DNA from: Eledone cirrhosa
Taxonomy: Eukaryota
DNA length: 64,000 nt
Assembly: GCA_964016885.1 (NCBI GenBank)
Contig: OZ024748.1
Coordinates: 11,966,001 to 12,030,000, forward strand
Direction: 5' to 3'
Below, piece by piece: positions 1 through 14,270 of the stretch. Position 1 is the stretch's first letter; each line of letters opens with the position of its first letter. The notes beneath the pieces are model-generated. The model was not told where the DNA came from. It made no database searches and saw only the letters and a program-made list of their open reading frames with translations. The translations under genes and the position numbers were made by a program.

Positions 1-51
1 TATATATAATATATATATAAGAACAAAAGATGGTTAAAAGAGTTCCATGTA

Positions 52-115
52 TTTTATGCGCATTTCAAAAACAAATATCATCATGCAATAATATTTGTGT
101 TTTCATCAGATAAAA
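52..115 (-). ncRNA. Minimal type I hammerhead-like motif with long stem II (imperfect stem I)
   Basis: Minus strand reads ttttat-CTGATGA-aaacACAAATAT...ATATTTGTtttt-GAAA-TGCGCA-TA-aaa. Core intact, 8-bp stem II segment, palindromic stem III ATGCGCAT; stem I out of register. Lies between (TA)n tracts. Confidence 0.5.
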
Positions 116-170
116 CAGGAAGACATGATATGAAGGTTAAAAAACACTTGTGGATAGTGCAGTTTTAAAT

Positions 171-225
<55 letters not shown>

Positions 226-232
<7 letters not shown>

Positions 233-350
233 TAAAATAACAGATTAAAGTTTAATAAATATTTGCTCTACGGTCCTTATATATTTGATATATATTTATC
301 CTATCGAGCCCTCTTTGGATTTTAGTCTTCAAATTTATTATTATTACTAT
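226..350. repeat. Short (TA)n-flanked interspersed repeat, second copy at 16217-16290
   Basis: tttattaaaataacagattaaagtttaa and tttggattttagtcttcaaatttattattattact are shared between the two loci; the middles differ. Confidence 0.7.
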
Positions 351-359
351 ATATATATA

Positions 360-439
<80 letters not shown>

Positions 440-677
440 TTCGTTTCTGAATTTGTTTAGCAAGATTCTTTATCTGAAAACGTGTGTTGAAACCGATATT
501 GTTATTCTTTGGGAGGGTCATGTTGACAATAAGAAACACACGCACCACAAGTTTTCACTCCAATTTATGTATGTATGTATGTATGTATGTATGTATGTAT
601 GTATGTATATTTTAAAAAATTTTATTTTATTTTTATTTATTTATTATTATTATTTTTTTTTTTTTCTCCTCGTGCAA

Positions 678-720
678 TGGCCATACTCGATAACGAGGGG
701 GCAGCCATCATGTATGTATA
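678..720 (+). mobile_element. Extreme 3' end of RTE-type LINE with ATGT tail
   Basis: tggccatactcgataacgagggggcagccatcatgtatgtat matches the 3' end at ~23082-23120 (tggccgtactcgaaaacgagttggcagctaccatg). Confidence 0.55.
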
Positions 721-1454
721 TACTAGAAACGAAAGAAATTCTTGGTACAGTAAAATCATAAAATATGCTTGATAAACGATAAGAATGGTTGTTCTGCTGG
801 TTGTTATTTTGTAATGATCAAATATCTGACAAAATGTACTTGTAGTAACTCCATAGGGATCAACGTTATATACAGTTTCTGTCGCCTGTTTATCTGCATT
901 TTTTAAAGTTCTCCTTGTATTTTTCTGCCATTCATGACTTCATGTTGAGTTCAATTATTGGACATTTTAACAAATTTTGTAATAACCATTCTGTGGGGAG
1001 TTGTGACAGTATTACGACAATATTAGCAATTGGAAAGACCAATTGAAACATTATTTCCTTGGTCGGATCTGAAGAGTTCCCCTTCACTCGATATGCGAAT
1101 GAGGTTTGGGATCTTGTCTATTCGGATCAGTAATAAGCAAAGTTAACTTAAAAGATTTACGGAAGTCACGATGTCCCCGATGTTCACTATTCTGTCGTGT
1201 TCTATATATTCTGACACTTGTACAACATATATTACATATATTTACACGTCTTCGGTAGTGTAGATATATTAATAAAGTATAATTATCAGAAGATATAATA
1301 AAACATTGTTTATCACTTGGATCAAAACGAAAAATTAATTTATAAAACATTGTTTATAATTTGAATCCAGAGTTTTCGTACTATTTATGAAGGTCATGGA
1401 GTTTCGGCCGTGTAGTCAAAGGGCAAAGGATCATCAGATATATTCCCATTCATG

Positions 1455-1526
<72 letters not shown>

Positions 1527-1838
1527 ATATATATATATATATATATATGAATGTATATATATAGTGTATTTTGCTATACACTGTATGCTTAATTAAAAGC
1601 ATTTTGAAGACCTTACGCTATTATTTTAGAGTAGTGACAGTCTCACTTACTTTAAATTTTCAGTAAACAGGGGGAGATAAAGCTGACAGTGTTCTGTTTC
1701 GTACTATTTGGTACTTATCAAAGCTAAGTACTCCACCTGTTTGCTGAAAATCATGAATGTTTGATTCCTATAGAATTCTAGTAATAATCATGAACTGATT
1801 ATACAGAGCGGTTGCCGGTCAAGCAGAAATTGAAAATT

Positions 1839-1889
<51 letters not shown>

Positions 1890-2008
1890 TTCTTCCTACA
1901 AGCGTGAAACTAATACACTTCATGTTATTGCATCCTCTTATTAGTTTGTTTCTTGTTTCCTTGATATATGTATATATACACACATACACACACATACACA
2001 CACACACA

Positions 2009-2057
<49 letters not shown>

Positions 2058-2161
2058 TATATATATATATATATACATACGTACATACATAAATATATAT
2101 ATATATTTGTATGAATCGGTACCTATTTTATGAAGAAGATGAAGGATAATAATAATAATAA

Positions 2162-2190
<29 letters not shown>

Positions 2191-2193
<3 letters not shown>

Positions 2194-2320
2194 ATTTCAT
2201 TTATTAGCCACAAGGGCCGACATGTAGGGGACAATACAAAGACAGGGACAGTGGGGGTGGGGTTTACAATAAGGTCGAGTAAAAGTGCACAATGGCAAGA
2301 CTAATTTAACAATGAAGATA
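2191..2320 (-). mobile_element. LINE-type 3' tail (..ccttgtggctaataaa) with (ATT)n; inverted copy at 21683-21808
   Basis: Reverse complement of 21683-21808. The same terminus occurs at 34258-34305, 41815-41860 and 46450-46500. Confidence 0.7.
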
Positions 2321-2344
2321 GAAACAATTATTATTTTTTTATAC

Positions 2345-2453
2345 TTTTTGGCACAAGGCCAGCAGTTTCACCAGTACATTACTGGTACTTTATTTTTGTC
2401 GACCCCTTAAGGATGAAATGCAAAGTTAACCTCGACGGGATTTGAACTCAGAC
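2345..2453 (-). mobile_element. tRNA-derived SINE family A, partial
   Basis: ggcacaaggccagca..actggtacttta..gtcgacccc..aggatgaaatgcaaagttaacctcgacgggatttgaactcaga, shared with many copies in the window. Confidence 0.85.
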
Positions 2454-2585
2454 CTTTGTGAGTGATATACATTAATTTAACATCATTAAATCAATAGGTG
2501 AATATAGAGATTTATAGTTTGATAACCAACATAACAGCATATCTTATATAATATAATAAAATATCTCTTTCTTTCTCTCTCTACA

Positions 2586-2642
<57 letters not shown>

Positions 2643-2729
2643 GTGTGATTTAATAACCAATATGATAGGATATATATATATGATAAATAATATAATCAAC
2701 TATCTGTATACACACATACATACACACAC

Positions 2730-2765
<36 letters not shown>

Positions 2766-2796
2766 TAAGAGATATATAATGTATGTATATAAATAC

Positions 2797-2856
<60 letters not shown>

Positions 2857-2925
2857 GTGTATGTATATGTATATACATATGTATATATATGTATGTATGT
2901 ATATTTGCATGTATATATACATATG

Positions 2926-3038
<113 letters not shown>

Positions 3039-3133
3039 TGTTATATATTGTTAACACACGTTTTCAGATAAAGAATCTTGCTAAACAAATTCTGAAACGA
3101 TATATATATATATATATATATACATAATGTATG

Positions 3134-3167
<34 letters not shown>

Positions 3168-3199
3168 CATAAATTATATATATATATATCATACATACG

Positions 3200-3236
<37 letters not shown>

Positions 3237-3409
3237 AGAAGATTTGAGGTTTGTAATGGTGTGTGTGAAATAACAGATAACAATGATAATATTTTCGGGA
3301 AAAAATTCGATTTTCTGAGATATATTTTTCATTGATTACACCCCACCCCCTCTCCCAGAACATTATCGATATTATTATCGTTGCTATTATTGTTATCACA
3401 TTATTTTCA

Positions 3410-3746
3410 TGATCATCATCATTATCGTCATCACCAATACTATCACCACCACCACCACCACCACCACCACCACCATAATCATCATCATCATCATAATCAT
3501 CATCATCGCCGTCACCAAAACCACCACCGCCACCAACACCACCGTCACCACCACCACCACCACCACCACCACCAGCACCACCACCACCGTCACCAGCACC
3601 ACCATCACCACCATCACCACCACCATCACCACCACCACCACCAGCACCACCACCATCACCACCACCATCACCACCACCATCATCACACCATCAGCACCAC
3701 CACCACCGTCACCAGCACCACCAGCACCACCACCATCACCACCACC

Positions 3747-3777
<31 letters not shown>

Positions 3778-3885
3778 GCACCACCACCACCGTCACCACC
3801 ACCACCACCACCACCACCAGCACCACCACCACCGTCACCAGCACCACCAGCACCACCATCACCACCACCATCACCACCACCACCC
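3410..3885. repeat. (CAC/CAT/CAG)n trinucleotide array
   Basis: Direct inspection. Confidence 0.95.
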
Positions 3886-4123
3886 TCGTCTCATTTAATT
3901 TTCCTTTCTCTGATTCGTTGTGATTTTATAAATGGCCGTTTTTTTAGTCTATTATATTACATCACATTAAGATGACATCAGATGTAGAGTCTAGAGTCTT
4001 ACATACATACCTGATAGATAATGTAATCAGCTATCTAAATATATGCACACGCACACACACACACATATATATATGTATATATATATATGTATATATATGT
4101 ATATATATATATATATGTGTATA

Positions 4124-4160
<37 letters not shown>

Positions 4161-4261
4161 AATCTATATATATATATATATATATACACGTATATAGTTT
4201 GACAGCCAATATAAAAGGATGTATATTATATATAATGTTGATGTAATTATAAATTTATACA

Positions 4262-4296
<35 letters not shown>

Positions 4297-4349
4297 GTGT
4301 GTGTACATATATATATAGTAATAATAATAATAATAATAATATGTACATA

Positions 4350-4441
<92 letters not shown>

Positions 4442-4703
4442 TGTGTGTATATGTATGTGTATATATATACACACACACACGTATATAAGAAGTGTAGGTT
4501 ATCAACTTATTTAATTTCTTTTAATATAAATTAATTTACTGCAGTTCTTTTCTCATTAATGAATAATGAATGTTTCAATATCAAATTATTATATTCATCA
4601 TCATCATCATCAACTCCAACACCATCGCCACCACCATCACCACTACTATCATCTCTACCACCACCAATACCGTTAATCTGTTCAAATAAATAACTAAATA
4701 AAG

Positions 4704-4783
<80 letters not shown>

Positions 4784-4980
4784 ATGTATATATATGTATA
4801 TATTTATATATATAATATATATATATATTCACATATATATACTCTTTCTTCTCGGCTAATATGTTGGACCTTGTTTCTATTTCTTCTGTTCAGTTACAAC
4901 ACGTTGGTAGGTAGTAAATTTTATTTTATTTTATTTTATTCGTAAATTGTTGGAAGACCAATCGACTTGTCTTATGTACA

Positions 4981-5040
4981 TTTAATATTGTGTACATTTG
5001 TTACTGTCCTATGTGCACTGGAGCTAGTTATATCGACCTT
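4981..5040 (+). pseudogene. Possible GIY-YIG endonuclease relic of a Penelope-like element
   Basis: Translates FNIVYICYCPMCTGASYIDL, resembling NVVY-x-CP-xC-x-SYIG. Followed by an inverted degenerate hammerhead at ~5072-5107. Confidence 0.45.
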
Positions 5041-5229
5041 AATGTACTGAAATCACAAGGACTTCCAGAGGTCGACTGTGTTTCGTCCGTTTTTCCGTTG
5101 TCTTCACCCAACGTTTTTTAATTAATTATATTTATGGTAGAAATTGTTAATAACTTCGTTAATTATTGGTAGAGTTTCATAAAACATGTTTTATGTTGAA
5201 CAGCATAATGGTAGAAGTACAGTACAGTG

Positions 5230-5556
5230 TTAAAATTCTATATAGACACCAGTGCTGTCCACCAGTGTTTGTAATTGACTAGGTATATCCTCAACTGACT
5301 TCATCAGGAACTCAGGTGGTATGTTGGTCAGTACATGACGAATAGGTTTCTCCAATTGAGTCAGAGTTTTTGGTTTTGAGCTACAAACTTCTTCCTTCAC
5401 CCATCTCTACACGAAATAATCACATGGTGTTAAATCAAGGCTTCTTGATGGCCATTCATGTGGACTTTGACAAGCCAGACAATGTCCTGGAAATTGGACA
5501 TGAAGCTACTTATGGACAGTGCCTGCAAAATAAATAGGAGCCCCATCTTGCATGAA
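5230..5556 (-). pseudogene. Tc1/mariner DD41D (rosa/Visitor-type) transposase C-terminal fragment
   Basis: FMQDGAPIYFAGTVHK*LHVQFPGHCLACQSPHEWPSRSLDLTPCDYFV*RWVKEEV...LQTLVDSTGVYIEF*. There are 41 residues between the QDGA Asp and the PCD Asp; two internal stops. Confidence 0.85.
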
Positions 5557-5566
5557 TACACACACA

Positions 5567-5645
<79 letters not shown>

Positions 5646-5888
5646 TTAAGGTATATTATCCTTGGTCATGTCAAATATTTATAAAACATTTTGTATTTTA
5701 TCTGATGATAGCGTACCAAAATTTTTGGTACCCTTGAAATATATATAATAGAATAAATATGGTTTTATAAATATAGTTTCCATTTATTTAATATCATTGA
5801 ATACTTACTCCAGAAAACTGTCGAGTGCTTTGAATCAGTTATAAACATCTATATTTGTTGGATTTCCAACAAATTAAATATCTCTTCT

Positions 5889-5996
<108 letters not shown>

Positions 5997-6143
5997 GTAG
6001 TTAAGAAAGCCACAACAATGCAGAGGGAAATCTCGAGGTAGGAAGTGAATGATAGATAGGAGAAACAGGAGAAAGTGAAAATTGAGAGAGACAAAGATGA
6101 AAACAAAACAAAGGTAGAAGGGTTACCGTAGTGGAGATTTAAT

Positions 6144-6177
6144 CCCAATATTTCGGGCTCACGCCCATCAACGGGGG
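6144..6177 (-). ncRNA. Degenerate minimal hammerhead
   Basis: ccc-CCGTTGA-t-GGGC-gtga-GCCC-GAAA-TA-TT-ggg. Stems I and II and the palindromic AATATT are intact; two core substitutions. Confidence 0.4.
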
Positions 6178-6247
6178 TAAGTTCCAAAAAGGGGGGGAAC
6201 AGGCCAAGCGGAGAAAGTTGTGATGTCGTTAAAACAGGAATGCCGTT

Positions 6248-6264
6248 AAAAGATGAGTATTGAC

Positions 6265-6352
<88 letters not shown>

Positions 6353-6369
6353 GTCAATACTCATCTTTT
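6248..6369. repeat. Perfect palindrome: 23-bp unique arms around (AT)n
   Basis: aaaagatgagtattgacgtacat-(at)n-atgtacgtcaatactcatctttt. Confidence 0.9.
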
Positions 6370-6505
6370 TCCATTTCTTAGAGGGTTCTAAACCTCACGA
6401 TCAGGCTAAAATTTCTTTAGTAAAAAATACGGCGAAAGCTTCTATTTCTAATTTCAAAGTCGCTTGCTGTTTCAAAACAAACTTACTTATACAAATATAC
6501 ATATA

Positions 6506-6705
<200 letters not shown>

Positions 6706-6801
6706 TTCTACCTGGAGTTGCGACCGATAGATAGTATTAGCAATTGGAAAGACCAACGGAAACATTGTTCCCTCGGTCCAATTTGACGAAAGTCGATCGT
6801 T

Positions 6802-6865
<64 letters not shown>

Positions 6866-6878
6866 TATATATATATAT

Positions 6879-6981
<103 letters not shown>

Positions 6982-7221
6982 TATATATACACACATATAT
7001 ATACACACACACACATGTACGGAGATTGAACGTGAATCAGTATGTGATGATGGAGGAAGGTGGGGGAAGGTGGGGGGGGGGGGAAGGTACATGGGAGAGA
7101 GATAAGAATATATGAGTTTAAAAGGTGTTGTCTAATTTAACACCTCCACCCTGCCTGATGTCATGTCAGTTGATTCTTAGATACGGGTGGCTAATACCTT
7201 AGTGATTTAACCTGCAGACAG

Positions 7222-8110
7222 AGATGGTGAGGGTGATGTGGAGGGTGGTGGTGGTGGTGGTGGTGGTGGTGGTGGTGGTGGTATGAAGGTGGTAGTGGTG
7301 GTGGTGGTGGTAGTGGTGGTAGTGCTGGTGGTGGTGGTGGTGGTGGTGGTGGTATGAAGGTGGTAGTGGTGGTGGTGGTAGTGGTGGTGGTGGTAGTGCT
7401 GGTGGTGGTGGTGGTGGTGGTGGTGGTGGTAGTGGTGGTAGTGCTGGTGGTGGTGGTGGTGGTGGTAGTGCTGGTGGTGGTGGTGGTGGTGGTGGTGGTG
7501 GTGGTGGTGGTGGTGGTGGTGGTAGTGCTGGTGGTAGTGGTGGTGGTGGTGGTATGAAGGTGGTAGTGGTGGTGGTGGTGAAGATGGTAGTGCTGGTGGT
7601 GGTGGTGGTGGTGGTGGTGGTGGTGGTGGTGGTGATGGTGGTAGTGGTTGTGGTGGTGGTGGTGGTGGTGGTGGTAGTGGTGGTAGTGCTGGTGGTAGTG
7701 GTGGTGGTGGTGGTATGAAGGTGGTAGTGGTGGTGGTGGTGAAGATGGTAGTGCTGGTGGTGGTGGTGGTGGTGGTGGTATGAGGTGGTAGTGGTGGTGG
7801 TGTTGAAGGTGGTAGTGGTGGTGGTGTTGAAGGTGGTAGTGGTGGTGGTGGTGGTGGTATGAAGGTGGTAGTGGTGGTGGTGGTATGAAGTTGGAGTTGG
7901 TGGTGGTATGGCGGTGGAGGTGATGGTGAAGGTGAAGTATGAAGGTGTTAGTGGTGGTGGTGGTGGTGGGGGTGGTATGAAGGTGGAGGTGGTGGTAGTA
8001 GTGGTGACGGTGAAGGTGGTATGGAGGTGGTGGTGTTGAAGGTGGTAGTATGAAGGTGGTATGGAGGTGGAGGTGGTGGTATGGAGGTGGTGGTGGTGGT
8101 GGTGTTGATG
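7222..8110. repeat. (GGT)n-based trinucleotide array
   Basis: Direct inspection. Confidence 0.95.
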
Positions 8111-8263
8111 TAGTAGAATGTCGTCTGTGATGGTTCCGAAACTTGAGTAAATGTTTGGCAGCCCGCATTGAACACCGAGTTAGAAGCATTTAACAGTGGC
8201 GGATTATATAACTGTTAGTGTTAGAGAGGGGTGGGGGCGGATAGTGAGGGAGAGAGAGAGAGG

Positions 8264-8332
<69 letters not shown>

Positions 8333-8544
8333 ATGTGTTAACTGACGGCTTGACAAGTTGGCCGAAAATATATTTGAAAGCGGTCGAACACACGCACACA
8401 CACGTACACACATAATACGTACACACACACATAATACACATACACACATACACACACAATACGTTATACACACACACAATACATAATATACACACACATA
8501 CAACCACACATATTTATGTGGGTGTGTGTGTGTGTGAGAGGGTT

Positions 8545-8725
8545 TTGGAGCACCATCGATATCGAATGTTCAATTTCGATCAACAGAACAGCCAGCTCAT
8601 GAAATTAAGGTGCAAGTGGCTGAGTATTCCACAACCTCATAGACACGTGTTTTCTTAACGAAATTCTGAGGGAGATTCAGCGTTACACAATATGTGACAA
8701 AGTTTGGTCATTTGTGTCACAGACA
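8545..8725. mobile_element. Diverged interspersed repeat fragment (octopus SINE-like body)
   Basis: gatcaacagaacagccagctcatgaaattaaggtgcaagtggctgagtattccaca...gagattcagcgttacaca; recognised from memory of octopus repeats only, single copy here. Confidence 0.5.
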
Positions 8726-8742
8726 GAGTGGACTGAAGCAAC

Positions 8743-8813
<71 letters not shown>

Positions 8814-9031
8814 ACACACTCTCTCTCATACACACACAAACACCTATACCCACACATCTATATATATATATATCAGACCTGCCAACCTCTAAAAACCCAA
8901 ACGGTACCATGAAGAAAAGTGCTTCAAAACGGGGAGAAATGAGGCAAAATGGGGGAGATTTTACATAATGAAAGCTATACCCCTTTTCACAAGAGAAGAC
9001 ATCTCTCACCCACCCCAATGTGGGTGGGAAA

Positions 9032-9166
<135 letters not shown>

Positions 9167-9229
9167 GTTATATTTGGGGAGGGTCATATTGCAAAACAAA
9201 TATATATATGTATATAATATGTATATATG

Positions 9230-9292
<63 letters not shown>

Positions 9293-9298
9293 GTGTAA

Positions 9299-9352
<54 letters not shown>

Positions 9353-9428
9353 GTATATATATATATATATATAAGAATTGAAATACTAGAGTGTGTTGGA
9401 GTTAGACACCCTCTTCGTATTATAGAAA

Positions 9429-9494
<66 letters not shown>

Positions 9495-9868
9495 TACATA
9501 TTATATATGCATGTGTAGAGAAACACTTTAATAACAACAGGAAGAAGAAACCCACAGATACTCAAGGTGCGATATTATTAATATGTCATGTCGGGGGGCG
9601 ATCCGGGTGGTTGTCCGGGTGGTGAAACGGGTGGATATAACTAAAATGATAAACTGTTTATCACGTCTGGTTAGACGTAAATATATCGGGTATTATGGTG
9701 GTTGGTTGCTCAAGGTAGAACCCGGGTGGGGAGGGGACAATAGTGAACAGATGTCACTTCTGTATGAAAAGGGTAACTGATTAATGATGGAGGAGGGATC
9801 AGAGGGGTCAGAGGTGTGTCTGTGTGTTGAACAACAGTAAATAAGGGGTGGATATATTCAACGGTAGT

Positions 9869-10023
9869 GGAGACGTGTGCCTTAATGGTAAGACTTACAG
9901 TCTTAATGTCGTGGGTTCGATTCCGTGTTGTGTTCTTGAGCAAAACATTTCATTTCACGTTGCTCCATTAAACTCAGTTGAGAGTGAGTACCAGCAATAG
10001 CTTGGGGGTTAACGCAACGATGG
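9869..10023 (+). mobile_element. tRNA-derived SINE family B
   Basis: A-box-like tgccttaatgg, B-box gggttcgattcc, then gtgttcttgagcaaaacatttcatttcacgttgctcca. Confidence 0.75.
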
Positions 10024-10060
10024 GTCAAAGGAAATGAACTGGTCATTATCTATTACTAAT

Positions 10061-10251
10061 AATTGTTTCTACTTTTTGGCACAAGGACAGCAATTACCCA
10101 GTGCATTACTGGTACTTTATTTTATCGACCCCGTAAGGATGAAAGGCAAAGTTAACTTCGTCAGGATTTGAACTCAGACCGCAAAGGGACGTAACTCTAT
10201 GCTGCAAAGAATGGCGTCCGACCCTCTACCGATACTGCCAATCCACCTCCC
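10061..10251 (-). mobile_element. tRNA-derived SINE family A, near full length
   Basis: Minus strand has head tggcagtatcggtagag, B-box gagttcaaatcc and body gtcgataaaataaagtaccagt. Confidence 0.9.
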
Positions 10252-11535
10252 TTTATCTATTACTAATAATATTTGGACATACTGGACTTTAACCAGCACA
10301 AGTGGGACCAATAACTGGGGGTGTCCTGTCTTCCTAAAATCTATCGATACTCGTCTCTGTCCTGAGTCATGCGCTGAAGGGTCGCTGTGTTGGGGCCTAA
10401 CCAGTCCTTGACTGTTGTTGGATTAGGGTTTTCTTTGCCTTTTCTTCGTCTTCCTTCAGTTGTGCCCTGAGGAAGGGTTTTGGCGCAGGGATTCGTGGCG
10501 AGATAAGGGTACTTCCGCCTTTTTCTACTATCCCAAGAAGTCGTTCTTGCCTGTCAGCCAAGACACCAGTTCACTTGCTACTTGACAAAGCTATCCTTTT
10601 TTTTTGTCTTTCTTCAACTGTGCCCCGGAGAAAGGTTTTGGGCAGGGTTTCGTAGCGAGATACACTCCCGTTTCAAGGGGACTTCTGTCCTTTTTTTTTT
10701 ACCATCACAAAGAGTGGTTGTTGTCTATAAGCCAGCACATCCGTTTACTTACCGTTTGACAAAGTTATCTGACATGTGCTCTTTGTACGGAATGCGTAAC
10801 TGGACTTTTATTTCACTTCAAATCTCTTTTTACTGCTTTGATTCTTTGAAAGTCTGCCAGTGATTCCGACAATCTCCTTTGATGATAATCTTTCAGACAT
10901 TCCTTATAATAACTAAGGATTACTTTACAGTTAATTAGAAGAGGGTTTTTGCCGTTAGAAATAACACACATTATGTTTCTTCATAAGTGATACTTAAGTC
11001 ATATAAACTCGTATGTCCCCCTCATAAGTGATATAAACTTGTATATTTTACATCGTTTCAACTCCCATCCCCAACCTCAGTTACGGAAGTTATGTCTGTA
11101 CCATTTATAATATATTACATGTTTAACGATATGAAATCTCTACAAACTATTTCTCTTTCTCCCAAACTTAATGCCAATAGTAATTATGTATGTAAATAAT
11201 CTGGAATTTAAGAAATATAACTCGGATACGTATTACATCAAATAATTATGTATTTTTTAATAATGATTATTTCTAATCTTCCTCAACCAAAATGTTTTGC
11301 CATCTAGCTGACAAGAATTATCTGTAGACAGGCAATTCCATACTTGAAGTTCTTCACAAGATTCCCCAGAGCCAAGCCAACGCCAAAACATATTAAGTTC
11401 TTGGCTCTAAATGCCATAAAACCTTTCAATTAGGTTACATCATTTCTTAATGAAACTCTTCAGCTGACGAAAGAACTCAATTAGAATTCTGTTATTTTTG
11501 TTTGTAAACAAGGTTAAAGGCTATATATGTACTTT

Positions 11536-11972
11536 TAGGAGACCATGGAGTAACGTTGCCCGATAGAGTGCGTAGCTTGGAGATCAGAGAGTCGCTTCAG
11601 GTAGAGCCGCTACTTCTCTGAATTGAGAGATCACAGCTCCGATATTACGGGTATGTAGTTAAAATGGGGCTCCTCCGAAGGGTCTTTGGAGTAACGTTAC
11701 TCGATAGAGTGAGTAGCTCGGAGATATTATGGGCATGTGGTTAGAATGTCTTAGGAAAGAATCGCTGGATAGATTTTTATGGGCAAAACCAACCGACAGG
11801 AGAGCCAGGGGGAGACCCTGAGCAAGAGGGTTGGATAACATCCAAGAGTTTGGCTGGTGTCCATTGTGGATCCAGCCGGATGAATTGGAGGCGGTTACTT
11901 CTGCCAGGATCCGCTGGAACAAGTGTTTGAAGACTCTGCCCCAATGACCCTCCCGGGAAGAAGTAGAAGATA
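11536..11972 (+). pseudogene. RTE-clade LINE ORF C-terminal relic, partly duplicated
   Basis: Frames give GVTLPDRVRSLEIRESLQVEPLLL*IERSQLRYYGYVVKM, then LLRRVFGVTLLDRVSSSE / RYYGHVVRM / AKPTDRRARGRP*ARGLDNI..RWNKCLKTL, typical of RTE C-termini. Confidence 0.85.
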
Positions 11973-12110
11973 AAGAGGTTGTGGCGTTCATGCTTCTCCC
12001 CAATACACATACCATAGAGGTAAAGTGCAGCAGTTTTAAGAATGAAATTTTGTTGCAGCTTTTAGCTTCTTTTTGTATTGCTTAGCAAACATGATAGTGG
12101 CACGGCTGTT

Positions 12111-13702
12111 AAGATATGATGGTCACCACTGGAGCGTCACAGAGCAGCAGCAGGAGGAGGTGAAAGATATGATGGTCACCACTGGAGCGTCACAGAGCAG
12201 CAGCAGGAGGAGGTGAAAGACATGGTGGTCACAACTGGAACGTCACAGAGAGCAGCAGGAGGAGGTGAATGACATGGTGGTCACAACTGGAGCGTCACAG
12301 AGAACAGCAGGAGGAGGTGAAAGACATGGTGGTCACCACTGGAGCGTCACAGAGAACAGCAGGAGGAGGTGAATGACATGGTGGTCACAACTGGAACGTC
12401 ACAGAGAACAACAGGAGGAGGTGAATGACATGGTGGTCACCACTGGAGCGTCACAGAGAGCAGCAGGAGGAGGTGAATGACATGGTGGTCACAACTGGAG
12501 CGTCACAGAGAACAGCAGGAGGAGGTGAAAGACATGGTGGTCACAACTGGAGCGTGACAGAGAGCAACAGGAGGAGGTGAATGACATGGTGGTCACCACT
12601 GGAGCGTCACAGAGAACAGCAGGAGGAGGTGAATGACATGGTGGTCACAACTGGAACGTCACAGAGAGCAGCAGGAGGAGGTGAAAGACATGGTGGTCAC
12701 AACTGGAACGTCACAGAGAACAGCAGGAGGAGGTGAATGACATGGTGGTCACCACTGGAACGTCACAGAGAGCAGCAGGAGGAGGTCAAAGACATGGTGG
12801 TCACAACTGGAGCGTCACAGAGAACAGCAGGAGGAGGTGAAAGACATGGTGGTCACAACTGGAACGTCACAGAGAGCAGCAGGAGGAGGTGAATGACATG
12901 GTGGTCACAACTGGAGCGTCACAGAGAACAGCAGGAGGAGGTGAATGGCATGGTGGTCACAACTGGAGCGTCACAGAGAACAACAGGAGGAGGTGAAAGA
13001 CATGGTGGTCACAACTGGAGCGTCACAGAGAACAACAGGAGGAGGTGAAAGACATGGTGGTCACAACTGGAGCGTCACAGAGAACAGCGGGAGGAGGTGA
13101 ATGACATGGTGGTCACAACTGGAGCGTCACAGAGAACAACAGGAGGAGGTGAATGACATGGTGGTCACAATTGGAGCGTCACAGAGAACAGCAGGAGGAG
13201 GTGAATGACATGGTGGTCACAACTGGAGCGTCACAGAGCAGCAGCAGGAGGAGGTGAATGGCATGGTGGTCACCACTGGAGCGTCACAGAGAACAGCAGG
13301 AGGAGGTGAAAGACATGGTGGTCACAACTGGAGCGTCACAGAGAGCGGCAGGAGGAGGTGAATGACATGGTGGTCACCACTGGAGCGTCACAGAGAACAA
13401 CAGGAGGAGGTGAAAGACATGGTGGTCACAACTGGAGCGTCACAGAGAACAGCAGGAGGAGGTGAATGACATGGTGGTCACCACTGGAGCGTCACAGAGA
13501 GCAACAGGAGGAGGTGAATGACATGGTGGTCACAACTGGAGCGTCACAGAGAACAGCAGGAGGAGGTGAATAGCATGGTGGTCACCACTGGAGCGTCACA
13601 GAGAACAGCAGGAGGAGGTGAAAGACATGGTGGTCACAACTGGAGCGTCACAGAGAGCGGCAGGAGGAGGTGAATGGCATGGTGGTCACCACTGGAGCGT
13701 CA
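12111..13702. repeat. 52-bp minisatellite, about 30 copies
   Basis: Unit gacatggtggtcacaactggagcgtcacagagaacagcaggaggaggtgaat; period checked 12271 to 12323. Confidence 0.97.
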
Positions 13703-13812
13703 GTGATAACACAGAAAGTAAAAAGTGTAAGGTACGAACGAAATTGATACGAAAATTGTTGAAAATGTAATGGCGGACAGTATGGTGGGTGGGCTGATAG
13801 AAGGAGGGGGGG

Positions 13813-13983
13813 TATGACTACTGTGTAAGTGTGTGTAAGTGTGAGTGTATATGTTTGTATGTATATATATATATGTATGTATGGCTACTGCGTAAGTGTG
13901 TGTGTATATGTGTGTATGTATATGTATATATATATATATATATGTATGGCTACTGCGTAAGTGTGTGTGTATATGTGTGTATG

Positions 13984-14015
<32 letters not shown>

Positions 14016-14050
14016 GCTACTGCGTAAGTGTGTGTGTATATGTGTGTATG

Positions 14051-14084
<34 letters not shown>

Positions 14085-14270
14085 GCTACTGCGTAAGTGT
14101 GTATGTATATGTGTGTATGTATATGTATATATGACTACTGTGTAAGTGTGTATGTATGTGTGTGTGTGTGTATATGAATGTATGTATATGTGTATCAGAC
14201 CACTGTGTAATTGTGTGTGTATGTGTATATGAATGTATGTATATATGCGTAGGGCGACTGTGTAAGTGTG
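13813..14270. repeat. Degenerate ~60-70 bp repeat with embedded variable (TA)n
   Basis: Recurring atggctactgcgtaagtgtg anchor. Confidence 0.8.

Noticed and set aside
1084-1350. 88-aa non-repetitive ORF; neighbouring 1021-1065 resembles 6735-6779
   Set aside because: No recognisable domain; probably decayed repeat sequence.
1398-1440. CTGATGA...GAAAC on the minus strand
   Set aside because: No NUH/stem I match and weak stem II; at best a decayed relic.
5301-5307. CTGATGA on the minus strand
   Set aside because: Lies in the DD41D transposase codons (FLMK); no GAAA or stems follow.
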